DNA from: Paecilomyces variotii
Lineage: Eukaryota
Assembly (NCBI GenBank): GCA_004022145.1
Contig: RCNU01000005.1
Length of the DNA: 64,000 nucleotides
Reading direction: 5' to 3' (one strand)
Positions 25,611 to 38,063 of the stretch are shown one piece after another; position 1 is the first letter of the stretch, and every line of letters begins with the position of its first letter. The notes below the pieces were generated by a model. It saw only the letters and a program-made list of their open reading frames with translations. It ran no database searches and had not been told where the DNA came from. A program made the translations under genes and the position numbers.

Positions 25611-26594
25611 CGCACTTTCGATCCGGTCATCCTCCGCCGCATCCGAATCCGTCTCGGAAAATGAATCGCGCCCTCCAGAAGCGGAAGAGGGCGACGCACA
25701 GCTGGACAGGCTCTCGAGGTCGTGGTCGTCGAAGAAGCGGTCGTAGCGCTGCGCAGGCCTTCTCCGCAGTCGAGTGGAGACGCGTGGTTGCGACGAGACG
25801 GGCTGTTTTCGAGGAGCGGCAGGGGTTGTTGAGCTGGAGCGCTTCGGGGGCGAATAATTGGGCGGGGGAAGGGGATGATTATTGTTGGTGGTGGTCTTGC
25901 GCGCGGTTGTTGCAGCTAGACTGGAGGTGTTAGTGTTGCAGCTGGCGGTGACTCTGGTCGTCTTCCGGGGAACCAGAGCGTCTTTGCGGGCGGTTGTTGG
26001 GCGCGGCTGCTTGCGGGCCATCCTGATTGGCTGGCTGTGGCTCTCAGCCACCGGCACGCGTGCACCGCCTCGTTGCGATCACGTGGGGGGACGGCCCCCG
26101 GGCGGTGAGGCTCAAGGCGGCGTTCTCACTGGCTGATCGGCCAGTCGGTGTGGACAGTACTACAGTACTATGGTACTTGGTCAGTCAGCCGCACGCCTCA
26201 GGCAGCCCTTCCCCTCCCCCCAAACGGAATCGATCGATCCCTCCGAGTCTCCTGTTCCCACCCCAACTTGTTGTCTCAGACTCCCTCGTCCCCAGGGGTC
26301 TTTCGCTCTCTTCTTCCTCGTGCTGTGCTTCTAGATTCTGTCGTTCGTCACGGAGCACTTATCTGCCCTTCCCGTCCCAGTATCTTTACCTCTGTGGCTC
26401 CTGTCCGCGTCCGAAACACTCGGCTGTTGTGTGCGTTGCTTACAACCGGCTGTGGCTGTAACAGTTCGGTGTACGGCCAACGGCATCGAAATTATTAACC
26501 TCTCCCCTCGATCACTGCAGTTGCCCTGGGTTGTCCCTCAAACAGGACTGTCTGCTGGTGTTCTTTGTCGTGTACAATCGCACTGTCGACAAAG

Positions 26595-28845
26595 ATGTCG
26601 TGGAAACTCACCAAGAGTACGTTTCCCTAGTTTCGCGTCTGATATTCCCCTTTGGCGCCAGGTCGGGTCGAGGGAAGAAGAAGACGATGAAGGATCAACT
26701 GACAATTCATAACCAGAGCTGAAGGAGACTCATCTGGCACCTCTGGCGCAGTCCTTTGGTCGCTCGTCGTCGACGTCCACGATTAAGGGTGAAGCGGCGG
26801 AGGAGACACCCGTGTCATCTCATCCCCCCAGTATAAATACGGCCAGTGCCAATGGGATCTGTAAGTGAATTTACGGGTCGGGTCACCAACAAGTGAATGC
26901 AGATCTGACACCATGTGAACACAGCGGCCTCAGAGGCTTTGGTTTCACCACCAGCACCCCCGACGAAACCTGGTATCCTTATCGTGACACTTCATGAGGG
27001 AAAGAGCTTCTCGCTTTCGCCTCACTATCAACAGATCTTCAACTCTCACTTTCAGAACAGTGGTGCCTACAGTTCCTCTGTTCGTCCCAGTTCATCCTCT
27101 TCGCACACCAATGGTCCCGCTAGCTCCTATGTCGCGAGTAACCGACCGCAGTCGACAAGCGGCGGTATCAACGCTGCCCCCACTATCCACGGTCGATACT
27201 CGAGCAAATATCTTCCATATGCCCTGCTCGATTTCGATAAGAATCAGGTCTTTGTAGATGCTGTGTCAGGCTCCCCTGAGAACCCCCTGTGGGCTGGTGA
27301 CAACACCTCCTTCAAGTTCGATGTTTCCCGTCAGACAGAATTGAGCGTCCAGCTGTACCTGCGGAATCCTGCTGCCCGGCCTGGTGCTGGTCGCAGCGAG
27401 GATATCTTCTTGGGAGCCGTCAAGGTGCACCCCCGCTTTGAAGAGACCAAGCCGTACGTGGACGATCCCAAGTTGAGCAAGAAGGATAACCAGAAGGCCG
27501 CTGCTGCTCATGCTGAGCAGGAGCGGACAATGGGTCAGCTGGGAGCAGAATGGCTGGATCTGCAATTCGGTACGGGTTCGATTAAGATTGGCGTGTCATT
27601 CGTCGAGAACAAGCAGCGCAGCATGAAGTTGGAGGACTTTGAACTTCTAAAAGTTGTTGGAAAGGGCAGTTTTGGCAAGGTCATGCAGGTCATGTGAGTA
27701 TCTCCGGTGAAAAGAGACACTCTATTTTCTCGCGCTCGATGCTAATCTCCCCAACAGGAAGAAAGATACCGGCCGGATCTACGCCCTGAAGACCATTCGC
27801 AAGGCTCATATCATTTCTCGTTCCGAAGTCGCCCATACTCTCGCTGAAAGATCTGTGCTTGCACAGATCAACAACCCGTTCATCGTTCCTCTCAAGTTCT
27901 CTTTCCAGTCGCCAGAAAAGCTCTACCTGGTGTTGGCATTCGTCAACGGTGGTGAACTTTTCCACCACTTGCAGAAGGAACAGCGATTCGACATCAACCG
28001 GGCGCGATTCTACACAGCAGAGCTTCTCTGTGCCTTGGAATGTTTGCACGGTTTCAAGGTCATCTACCGTGATCTCAAGCCGGAAAACATTCTGCTTGAT
28101 TATACAGGACACATTGCCCTCTGCGACTTCGGTCTCTGCAAGCTCGACATGAAAGATGAGGACCGCACGAACAGTAAGCTCATACCTCGTGTCCAGATTT
28201 CCCTGGAAACTGCTGACCATATTAGCTTTCTGCGGAACACCGGAATACCTTGCTCCTGAGCTCTTGATGGGTAATGGTTACACCAAGTCCGTCGATTGGT
28301 GGACTCTTGGTGTCTTGCTTTATGAGATGTTGACGGGTCTTCCACCATTCTATGATGAAAACACCAACGAAATGTATCGCAAGATCTTGCAGGAGCCATT
28401 GACGTTCCCCAGTCATGATATCGTGCCTGCTGCCGCGCGAGACCTGCTCACGCGTCTGCTCGACCGTGACCCTCAGCGTCGTCTGGGCGCCAATGGTGCG
28501 GCTGACATCAAGGCTCACCACTTCTTCTCCAACATTGATTGGCGTAAGCTCCTCCAGAGGAAGTATGAGCCAAGCTTCCGTCCCAATGTGGTAAGTATAA
28601 ACTCCTCGCTATATCTTTAATCTGAGTTGATGTCTGACACCGTGCAGGTTGATGCCCGCGACACCGCCAACTTTGATCGCGAGTTCACTTCCGAAGCCCC
28701 TACGGACTCATACGTCGATGGACCGGTCCTGTCGCAGACCATGCAGCAACAGTTCGAAGGATGGTCTTACAACCGTCCCGTTGCTGGGTTAGGTGACGCC
28801 GGAGGTAGTGTGAAGGATCCATCTTTCGGCAGCATCCCGGAGTAA
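26595..28845 (+). CDS. ypkA: AGC Ser/Thr kinase Ypk1/Gad8/YpkA; multi-exon
   Basis: Micro-exon MSWKLTK then KLKETHLAPL; C2-like region; GKGSFGKV, YRDLKPEN, DFG, FCGTPEYLAPE; hydrophobic motif QQFEGWSY. Confidence 0.93.
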
Positions 28846-30445
28846 GCAGCTGCAGGCTCAGTGTCCCGTTTTCCTTTCGAATAGGTATTGTCGTCAATGC
28901 GCAGCCTGTCGCTTTCGACGGTTCAATCGAAACGAGTCCCGTTTGTACCTCTTCATTTTTTTTTTCGTTCTTTTCTTTTTTTCACATGCCGCTAGACTTC
29001 CGCTGTTTCTCAGATCTGACCGTGGTGTCGAATTCGCGGTATCTTGCATGCAGTCTTTTCTTCTCTGGATCTAGATTTTCTTTCAACGGCGATGTGGCTC
29101 TTCACAGTCGGGTGCAGTTCTCTTTCTCTTCGATCGCTCGCGCTTCACACAGGCAGGTCCCTTGCATAGCCCACGCCACCCTCCTTCCTCCATCAAGTCC
29201 TTGCTGTGTCAGCTTTCCGTTCTTTGTTGCTTATGTTGCCCGTCTCTTCGGAAACATACAGGCCGAGGAGGAAAAGGAAAGCAGCCAAAGACTGAATTTT
29301 CTCACCGTTCACCCAACATACCCCCGATCGTATTTACCTGGTTTCCTCGCGAGATTCCTGGGCTTTGTTCACACAAGTGTTGTCTGTTTCGATCCGCCGG
29401 TCCGATCCCAGTTCGTCTCAAACGTTCGCGAAATGCATGCAATTGGCGTGGAACTCAAATTAAGTCATAAACTGTTTTTTTCTTTCTCCCTCAAAGACTC
29501 CCTTGTTCAATCGGTTTATTCGGTCCTGTTTTCTCTCTCTCGTCAATTGTTTCCATGGTATGGATCTCTTAGTCTCGCCGTTCGTTTTCTCACGTTGTCT
29601 GGGCCCTTCGCTGGGACCGACTCAATGTAGAGCAACAACAAATATAAGAGATCTCTGAAAACTGTCGCCTACCATGATTAGGTCTATAATTCGTAGTCTC
29701 CTGGACCAACCTAATACCCGCAAATCAGGCAACCATCTCTTGAACTGTATGACCTGTACCATCTTTTGCCTTACAGCTGAGCAAGGGAATACTCAATTCA
29801 ACCTCGTACTTCGACGACTTGCACTGAGATAATTATCAGATCGTTCACTTCTACACGGCTTGTACCCTCTTGGTCTACCTCATTATATCAGAACAATCTT
29901 CCTATAAAACCTAACCCGCTAATATCGTTCTGGTGATGCTTTTGGCCAGAAGAAGACGGGAGGAGGAAATGAGTGAAATATATATATATATATATATAAA
30001 TATCCATCTTTGCCCCGAAAGAAGAGGATTCTACATGGGCAGAAGGTAGTGAAACGGGGTTTCGAGAAGAAGAAGAAGAAACTAAGAAGAAAAAAAAAGG
30101 ATCCAAAGTCTTTTCATATTCATATTCATCTCGATTCAGTACAATAAAAAACAACTCAGTTTCAGTTTCGATGCGATTTTCTACCGAAATCGATCCGACA
30201 CGATTCCATTCCGATTGAACAAAACAGACCGCCAAGTGCTGGGAAAAGGATTAAGAGAGGAAGAAGAGAAAGAGAAAGAGAAAGAAAAAAACAGCTGAAG
30301 TGAAGCAGCCAAGGGAAGGGGCGGGGTGAGAATGCCCCCCTCCAACATGAGAAGCAGATTGTTGGCCCCAGCTTGGTCGTGGTCTGGTCATGCGACTTAG
30401 ACTCGGCGTTGAGAGGGCTGGCGTTGTGGATTTGAAGCTCTAGAT

Positions 30446-33388
30446 TCATGCTTCTGCCTCCTCTTCCTCTTCCTCTTCCTCTTCAGCTTCGGCAGTAGTC
30501 TGGACTTCGGGCTCTCCATTAGCCGCAGTCTGGGCACCATCGCCCTCCACGTCGATAAGCGACTCTGACGATGGGGGCTCAGGAGCGGGACCTTCCTTCT
30601 CTAGTCGCAGGTATTCATCCCACTCGGGGAACAGGTCATCGTCAGTTTGAACATCCTCCGGGGCGCCCGGAGGAACACCAATGAGGCGGGAGATCTTTGT
30701 CTTGCCCGAAGCCTCGAGTGATTTCTTCCACTGGACGACCAGAGCCGGAGCACGCGAGGGCTTGTATGTCTGGGCGAAAAGAGCAGCCTCTGTGAGGCGG
30801 TTCGTCTTGACCAGAATATCAATACAACCATCAATATCTCTAGCCTCCCAAAGGGCGGAGAACGCAACGTTGTGTAGACTAGCAGCGGATGCCTTCTCTG
30901 CTACGGATCGAAGGCCCTCTGCGTTGGCGCTAGCAGTGTAGAGGAGTAATAGGGAGCCGAAGTCCTTGGCCTTCTCGAAACACTCCTCTGCAAGGGCAAA
31001 GTTCCAGGCGGACAGAGCGGCATCGCCGACTATTTTCCATTTATGCTCCACATCTGCCTCGCGGGCAATCTCAAGAGCAACGTCCAGCTTGTTGAGGGAC
31101 AGAGCAAGCTCGAATCTGTGCTCAGGATCGGTTGCCACATCCAAGGCCATCTCCTTGTAGCCTTGACCCTCCAGGAAGCGGGCAATCTTGTTCATCTGGT
31201 CTGCTGGAATATCTGGCAGGAGCTCAGCAGCAGCATCCATGTCTCCACGGAGTACCAGAGTCTGGTACTCGACCACTGACAACGACAGGGCAAAAGAGAC
31301 AACGTTGACATCCTTGTCAGAAAGATAGATGCGGCCATCACGAGGGAGGTAGCCCAGAAGGTACATGGGCTGGTCAAAGTGGGAGATGGTGTAGGTCTGA
31401 TCACCGACCAGGTAGTTGAGGCGGTTGGTCGAGTTGGTGTAAATGAAGCAGTCACCGACCCACTCTCCAGTTCGAACGGTTTCATTGATATCAGTAACCA
31501 CTTCAAACGCTGACTCCACTCCATCCTCGTCGGCTTCGCCTGCGTTCAAGCCATTGATGTAGTTCTCTCGCGAGAAGCGGAGCACATAGAAGGTATCTTC
31601 ACAAGCCAGCGTGACCAGCTCGCCAGATTCAGACCAGTAGACCTAGGGAAGTCAGTTAATCTTTCATCAAACCTTTTTGTCACACGATATGCACTTACAT
31701 CCTTTGGGTCAACTTCAATACGTCGCACCAAGTTGCCTGTCTCCCAGTCGAACATTCCGATACCGCTCTGGCCCTTGACACCGAGTAGTACACCTCCAGT
31801 GAGACCTTCAGCCTGGAAACCAACATCCAGACCTCCGCTCTTTTCCTTGAAGTTCTTGAAGATCTTGACACTGGTCGTCGACTCTCGGATGGCATAGTCA
31901 TTACTGTTATCCTTGGCGCCCCAGGCGAAATCCAAGGCCTGTCCGAAAGCCTTGTTGCGCCATGCAAGGGCCGTATAGATGATGTATTCACCGTCCCCGC
32001 AAACAGAGACGAATCGACCGTTGGGAGAGTGCGATAGCGTCTGCGGATAGACTTCGCATGATCCCAGCTCCTTGGTCGGGAGAGAAAGAGGAGACCCGTC
32101 TTTGACCGACGCATCGGCACCCTTGATCACTGTCGAGACAACCTCGTTGTGTCTGGCCCAGACAATCTTGCCAGAACCATCCATAGAAACAGCCGGTTCT
32201 TCTCTACCCATCTTGACCACAACGGCTCCATCATCGAAACCCATGGCAATAGCCTGCTTGCCACGCTGGTAACTGACACACCAAGCTCTTTCGAGACCGT
32301 AACTCAGCGACTGCTCCAGTCTGTATGTGTTGGCGTGCCAGATCTTGATCGTTCCATCTTCGGAACCGGAAATGATGACCGGCAACTCGGGGTGGTAACA
32401 GGCGAATGAGACATTGCTGGTGTGCCCCTCCAGTGTCGCAATGAGTGCTTTGGTGGTATAATCCCATACCTTGACCGTCTTGTCATCGGATGTGGTCAGG
32501 AGATAAGGCTTGTCAGCCTGGGGATAATAGTCGACATGGTTCACACCCTTCGTCTCGTGCGCCTCGAGAGTGAAATTCGGATGGCTAGAACCCAGACTCC
32601 AGATCTTGACTGTGCGGTCAAGACACGCAGAAGCAAAGGTGTTAGTGTCCTTGGGGTTGATAGCCAGTCCCATGACATAGTGGTTATGGCCCTCAAAGAC
32701 CTGAACGCATTTCCAGCCCTTATCCCAGTCCCAGAGCTTGATTGTCATGTCATCGGAGGCAGTAAGGACGAAGGGTTGAGTCGGGTGGACAGCAATGGAA
32801 CGAATATAATCCGGGTGAGCTTCGAACGACGTGATCTTCTCCGAGGTGTTATAGTTGTAGACGCGAAGTTGGAAGTCATCGGAACCGCAAACAATCCAAT
32901 TCTTGCGGGCAATAAAGCGACCGGCTCGAACAGGGACATCGGTGAGCTCGAATGTCTTGATAATTGACTATAAACAGAGGAGACTGTCAGTAATCGTCGT
33001 CCCGCGCGTGCTATAGTGGCCAGGCGCACCTGAGTCTCATAGGACCAAATGTAGACGTGGCCTGCGACTGCGCATCAGCATAACTCTAAACCATCTCACA
33101 CCGCCCGATCGCAACACACCGCTGTATAATGTAGTCAGGATCTAGGATACTGTTAGCAGTGTCAAAGAAAAGGTCAGATCAGTTTCCCCTTACCCATGGC
33201 TCTGTTGGATGGAAGTCAATGCCCTTGACCCGCTCCGAGCGGGCGAAGAGCTGACGCTGTACGTCGCAATGGCAGTCAGCATTTCCATAATTCACTCCAA
33301 TCGCAGGACTTCAAATAGTATTCGTCTCCCGAGAATACTATACACCAAAAGTTCAGACGAAGCGGCGTACCTTGATGTCCAACCGCAT
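30446..33388 (-). CDS. SEC27: Coatomer (COPI) beta' subunit; several 5' micro-exons
   Basis: Spliced [40 protein letters not shown]; WD40 repeats; coatomer WDAD region; acidic C-terminal tail. Confidence 0.95.
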
Positions 33389-34278
33389 GTTCTCGCCTTT
33401 AGGTGGGAGAAACGCGCGACTGTGTGCGGCCACGGAAAGGCCTTCCTGGTTTCAAGGTTATCCCACTCCTGTGGCAGCGGGAGACTTCGCCTCTGGTGAT
33501 TCAGTTGTAAATCCCTCTATTCCCCAAAGCGCTGGGTTGAAATAAAGGGGGAATCCAAGATATGGTCTTTCTTAAACTGGTGTCCTCCTTGTCCCTGATG
33601 TGTCCAGTTGGGGACTCCGGCCGCAGTCCCACCAGCTGTCTAAAACCGGTTAGCGTGTGCTCTACATCACCGCCTTGGGTGGCAGAAAAAGGCTACTTAG
33701 TACTTAGTTATGGCAATCGATGCTGGCTGCGTAATTAACTAGTCCTCGAAAGATCTCCCTTATGAATATAGGGTCGTATGTGGAATTGGAATGGGATATG
33801 TTTAAAGACCGAAGCTAATAAAGGCTCTATGCTCCGCTTTAGTACAGCATCTTTTCGTTTTCGTGTGCTTAGTTACATTCTGAGCTACCAACATACATGA
33901 GGCTCTTACGACTAGTAACTAAGCCCAAAATAAATCATAGAGTTCGTGCAAAGAAAAGAGAAAAAGTGGTCAGCCAATTGGCAGGCATGGTATAAAGAGA
34001 TCAAACACAATGGTAATTTTCTGTAAAAGTATACTTTTCCTGTTGACTATCATTTCGCAGATCAATACATCCTATGTCGATATAGCTTGCTGACAGGGCG
34101 TTTCTAGATCTATGCCCTAATACAAGTTCTAGTATGAGACAGGAAGCCATTCCCGTGCAGTGAAATACAAGAAATACACGAAAAAAAGGATTGATTGACA
34201 CATGAATGTGTTATATCCGTCCACATCAACGGCAGGCCATTAATAAATACAAGTAGTCTTTAACCGCGCACATATCGT

Positions 34279-35136
34279 TTACACCTTGCTGGAGGCATCC
34301 GATGTGCGGGCAAAGTACTCCCACTGTCCTGGTTTGGGCTTCTCCTCGAGTTCCTCCCAACTGCGAACCATGTCAGTATCAGACACGCAATCAGGGGGTT
34401 AATGTCCGATTCACTTACACCTTGGCCTTGGCCAATTCATCGACAAGCTTCAGCTCGCCTTCAGCGACCTGGATAACTTCCTCGATCAGACCAGCACCGA
34501 TCTTCTTCTCGATCTCGGAAACCCTAAGGGCCGGTTAGTTTAGACGGCAAGGCGTACGCTGGGCTATGACTGGGCTACATACTGCTCTGCCTCCAGAGCG
34601 GGCTCGTTCTCCCACTGCATGCTCTCGGTCTCAAAATCCGAGTCCTTCATTTTGGCCGCAGTAGACTCTTCAATGGCCTCGTGCCACCGGGCTTCTTCTT
34701 CCGGGGTACGGGCGGGGCCTTCGGTGGTGGGCTCAAGAACTTCACCATCCCACTCGTTACCGCGGGGGTTGTGGTCGACAAAGTCATCCTGCTGCTTAGC
34801 AGCAAAAGTGTAAGAGCCATCCGCACGACGAAGTTTCTGGAAACGATCCGGCTCAGCCTCGACGGTTTTCTTCACGCGCTCCAGCCATGTCTCAAATCCT
34901 GGTGGCTTGGTAGACTCGACGATTTGCAGACGGTGTCGCGTAAGAGCCTCGGTAGCCTGACGGTAAGCTGACGACTCGGGGAAAGCCTTAAGCTTCTCGA
35001 GAGTGGTGGTGTATAGGTAGATCAGAGTCGGGCGCGGACTAGGGTGAGTGACGAGACCGGTCAAACCGGTGGGAGTGAAGGGCTCGAGGTAGCGGCCCGG
35101 CTTGACGTTGGCCAGCAACCGAAGAGCGGACCTCAT
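34279..35136 (-). CDS. NADH:ubiquinone oxidoreductase 29.9 kDa subunit (NDUFA5 family); 3 exons
   Basis: MRSALRLLANVKPGRYLE..PTGLTGLVTHPSPRPTLIYLY..FPESSAYRQATEALT..IEKKIGAGLIEEVIQVAEGELKL..WEELEEKPKPGQWEYF. Confidence 0.9.
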
Positions 35137-35660
35137 CTTGAGGGTGTACGGGACAGAAAGAATACAATTGACCCGGATACGGGTTGGTAGAAACCGAATT
35201 GCAAGTGGCTGTGGCAGGTATCCGGATATCTCGCCGTTGTTCGATGCGCAGGTCGATGGTGGTGAGCCGCCTGGCCGGAGCGGATAAACATCGATTCCCG
35301 GCCAAGCCGAATCGAGCAACGGCCAGAATCCCCCGGCTGCGAAACATCAAAGGAGGCTCGAGAGTCTCAAGGGGTCGTCTCTGTTCCGCTCTGATAATCA
35401 TCCACTTGTTCAGATGCTGCACAGCACTGCATAGCACCAGCGTGTTTCTTCTGAGGTGCAGGCACTGCTGCGAACCGTGAGGTGTTGACAAGCGTCCAAG
35501 TCGGCGCTCCAAACGGTAGACCATCGCCTGGTCGTCCGATGTGCCACCTGTGACTGCCGCAGTTCGATTTCTCTTCCTAAACGCACCACTACTCTCGTTT
35601 CTCCCTCCATTTGGAAAGCTTTCATCTCGTTCAGGTCGCTGACCTAGACCGTCCGCCAGC

Positions 35661-38063
35661 ATGAAGCCTTCTTTGCTGGTGTGGTCGCTCCTTTCGCTCC
35701 TCACCGTTCCAACCCTCGCCGTTCCCTCTGAAGATTCCATCCATGCCGTCTCGAACCCATCGCCCCGCCTCGTCAAGAGAGAAGAGGCCGCGGCCCCAGC
35801 ACACAAGGATGGACAGGCAGACTCTGATGCGCCAGGCACTGTCTTCAACGGGGTCAAGGTTCCTCCTATGAAGGAGTTAACACCGGAGGATTTCGATGAG
35901 ACTATCAAGGACGGATACTGGTATGCCTACCCTGGATACTGGGACTAACTGCCTATGGATGGACATCAGCTCACGACAGAGCAGGCTTGTTAAACACTAT
36001 TCTCCGAGTTGCCCTCACTGTCAGCAAATCGCCCCCACGTGGCAAACGCTCTATGAATTTTACTATGTAGGTGTTCTTGTTATGACTGCTAAAAATAGAC
36101 TATACTGATCTTCCATCAGACATCGGATCCGCTCTCGACATCTACTGCCAAATCTGCTGACACGCACTCATCCCTGAATTCCTTCCACGGTTTCTATAAT
36201 TTCCATTTTGCCTCTATCAATTGTCTCTCCTACGGCGATTTCTGCACCAAAAGACTTAACATCAGAGAGTGGCCGACGTTTAACCTCTACCACAATGGTG
36301 AATTTGTGGAACAATACGCTGGAAAGAAGACTATTGATGGTCTGAGCCAGTACATCGAAGAGAAGTTGGAACTTATCCGCCCTGGCTCCCGGCCTAGAAA
36401 AGGCGTTAAACTGCCACCTCCAGGGGCTAAAAGCGTTGATACCAAGGCAGAGCCTGACAAGCCAGCCGCTAAGGACAAGGATCGAGAAGCTGGAGTCAAG
36501 GCTGGTGAAAAGCACAACGAGCAGGCTGCTCACCTGGCTAGCAAAACTGCCGCCGACAAGTCTACCACTGCCAAAAAAGACCCCAAGCCCACTGTTATCC
36601 CCAATCCGCAAGGCGTCTCGGTTCCTTTAACCGCAGAGTCTTTCCAGAAGCTTGTGACGACTACACGCGACCCGTGGTTCGTGAAATTCTACGCACCATG
36701 GTGTTCACACTGCCAAGCGCTCGCCCCGAACTGGCTTGCGATGGCCAAGGAGATGAAGGGCGTTTTGAACGTTGGCGAGGTGAACTGTGACGCTGAGCCC
36801 AGGCTGTGCAAAGATGCGCGTATCAAGGGATTCCCGACTATGTACTTTTTCCGGGGCGGAGAGAGGGTCGAGTATGACGGTCTCCGTGGCCTAGGCGATC
36901 TGGTCAACTATGCTAAGAAAGCAGTCGATGTGGGATCGGGTGTCCAGTACGTGGACGCTGCCACATTCAAGGAATTGGAAGAGAAGGAGGAAGTCATCTT
37001 CCTTTACCTATATGATCATGCTACGACATCGGAGGATTTCGCTGCCTTGGAGCGCTTGACGCTGAGTCTAGTCGGCCATGCTCGGCTGGTCAAGTCCAAC
37101 GATACAGCGCTATCCGAGCGATTCAAGGTCTCGACGTGGCCTCGACTCCTTGTGTCTAGAGACGGACGTCCCAGCTATTACAGTGCGTTGGCCCCCAAGG
37201 ACACAAGGGACTTCCGCCAGGTTCTCTCATGGATGCAGACCGTGTGGCTGCCCATTGTCCCCGAGCTTACTGCCTCTAATGCCCGTGAGATCATGGACGG
37301 CAAGTACGTTGTGCTTGGTATCCTGAGTAGGAAGCGTGCGGACGAGTTCATCCTGGACAAGAGGGAGCTAAAGAATGCTGCCCTTGAATGGATGGACAAG
37401 CAAACCCACCTCTTCCAGCTCGAGAGACAGGAGCTTCGTGATGCCAAGCAGCTTCGCATCGAGGAAGCTGACGACCGAAACGACCAGCGCGCGTTGCGTG
37501 CAGCAAAGAGTATGCGAATCACCATCCGTGAAAACGACAAAAAGCAGGTTGGTTTCGCATGGGTGGACGGTGATTTCTGGGAAAGATGGCTCCGAACCAC
37601 CTACGGTGTTGATGTGAAAAATGGAGAGCGTGTCATTATCAACGATCAAGACGTAAGTATTCTCTGCTCTTTCCACTTGTAACATTCAACTAACGTTGTC
37701 TAGAACCGACGCTATTGGGATACCGCTGCTAGTGGTTCACCCATCCTGCCCTCTCGTACCTCTATTCTCGAAACCATTCCACTTGTCATTGCCTCTCCCC
37801 CCAAGATTAAGTCGAAGTCGACCATTGGTCTATTTGAGGCTGTGTTCTTCCATACTCGCTCTTTTCTCTTCGTTCACCCGTGGATCACTCTCTCCATTCT
37901 GGCCGCCTCCTTGCTCGTCTCCGTCTACCTGGCTCGGGGTAAGCTCATCAAACGAGGGCTCGCTGGACCTGGAGGTATTCTCGGTGGAGGCAGCGGTGGC
38001 TTTTTCCATCTAGATGGAAAGGAGGGCTTGCTGAACGGTGGTTCGACCGGAAAGGTTGACTAA
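35661..38063 (+). CDS. ER membrane thioredoxin/PDI-family protein (Eps1-like); 4 exons
   Basis: Signal peptide; YSPSCPHC and FYAPWCSHC thioredoxin motifs; C-terminal TM (HPWITLSILAASLLVSVYL) and short cytosolic tail ending GKVD. Confidence 0.88.

Noticed and set aside
28986-29630. 214 aa ORF after ypkA
   Set aside because: Pyrimidine-rich, Phe/Ser/Leu-biased reading typical of a long 3'UTR
35137-35319. In-frame upstream extension of the NDUFA5 ORF
   Set aside because: Starts at TTG, lacks motif content, and would mask the MRSALRLL mitochondrial presequence
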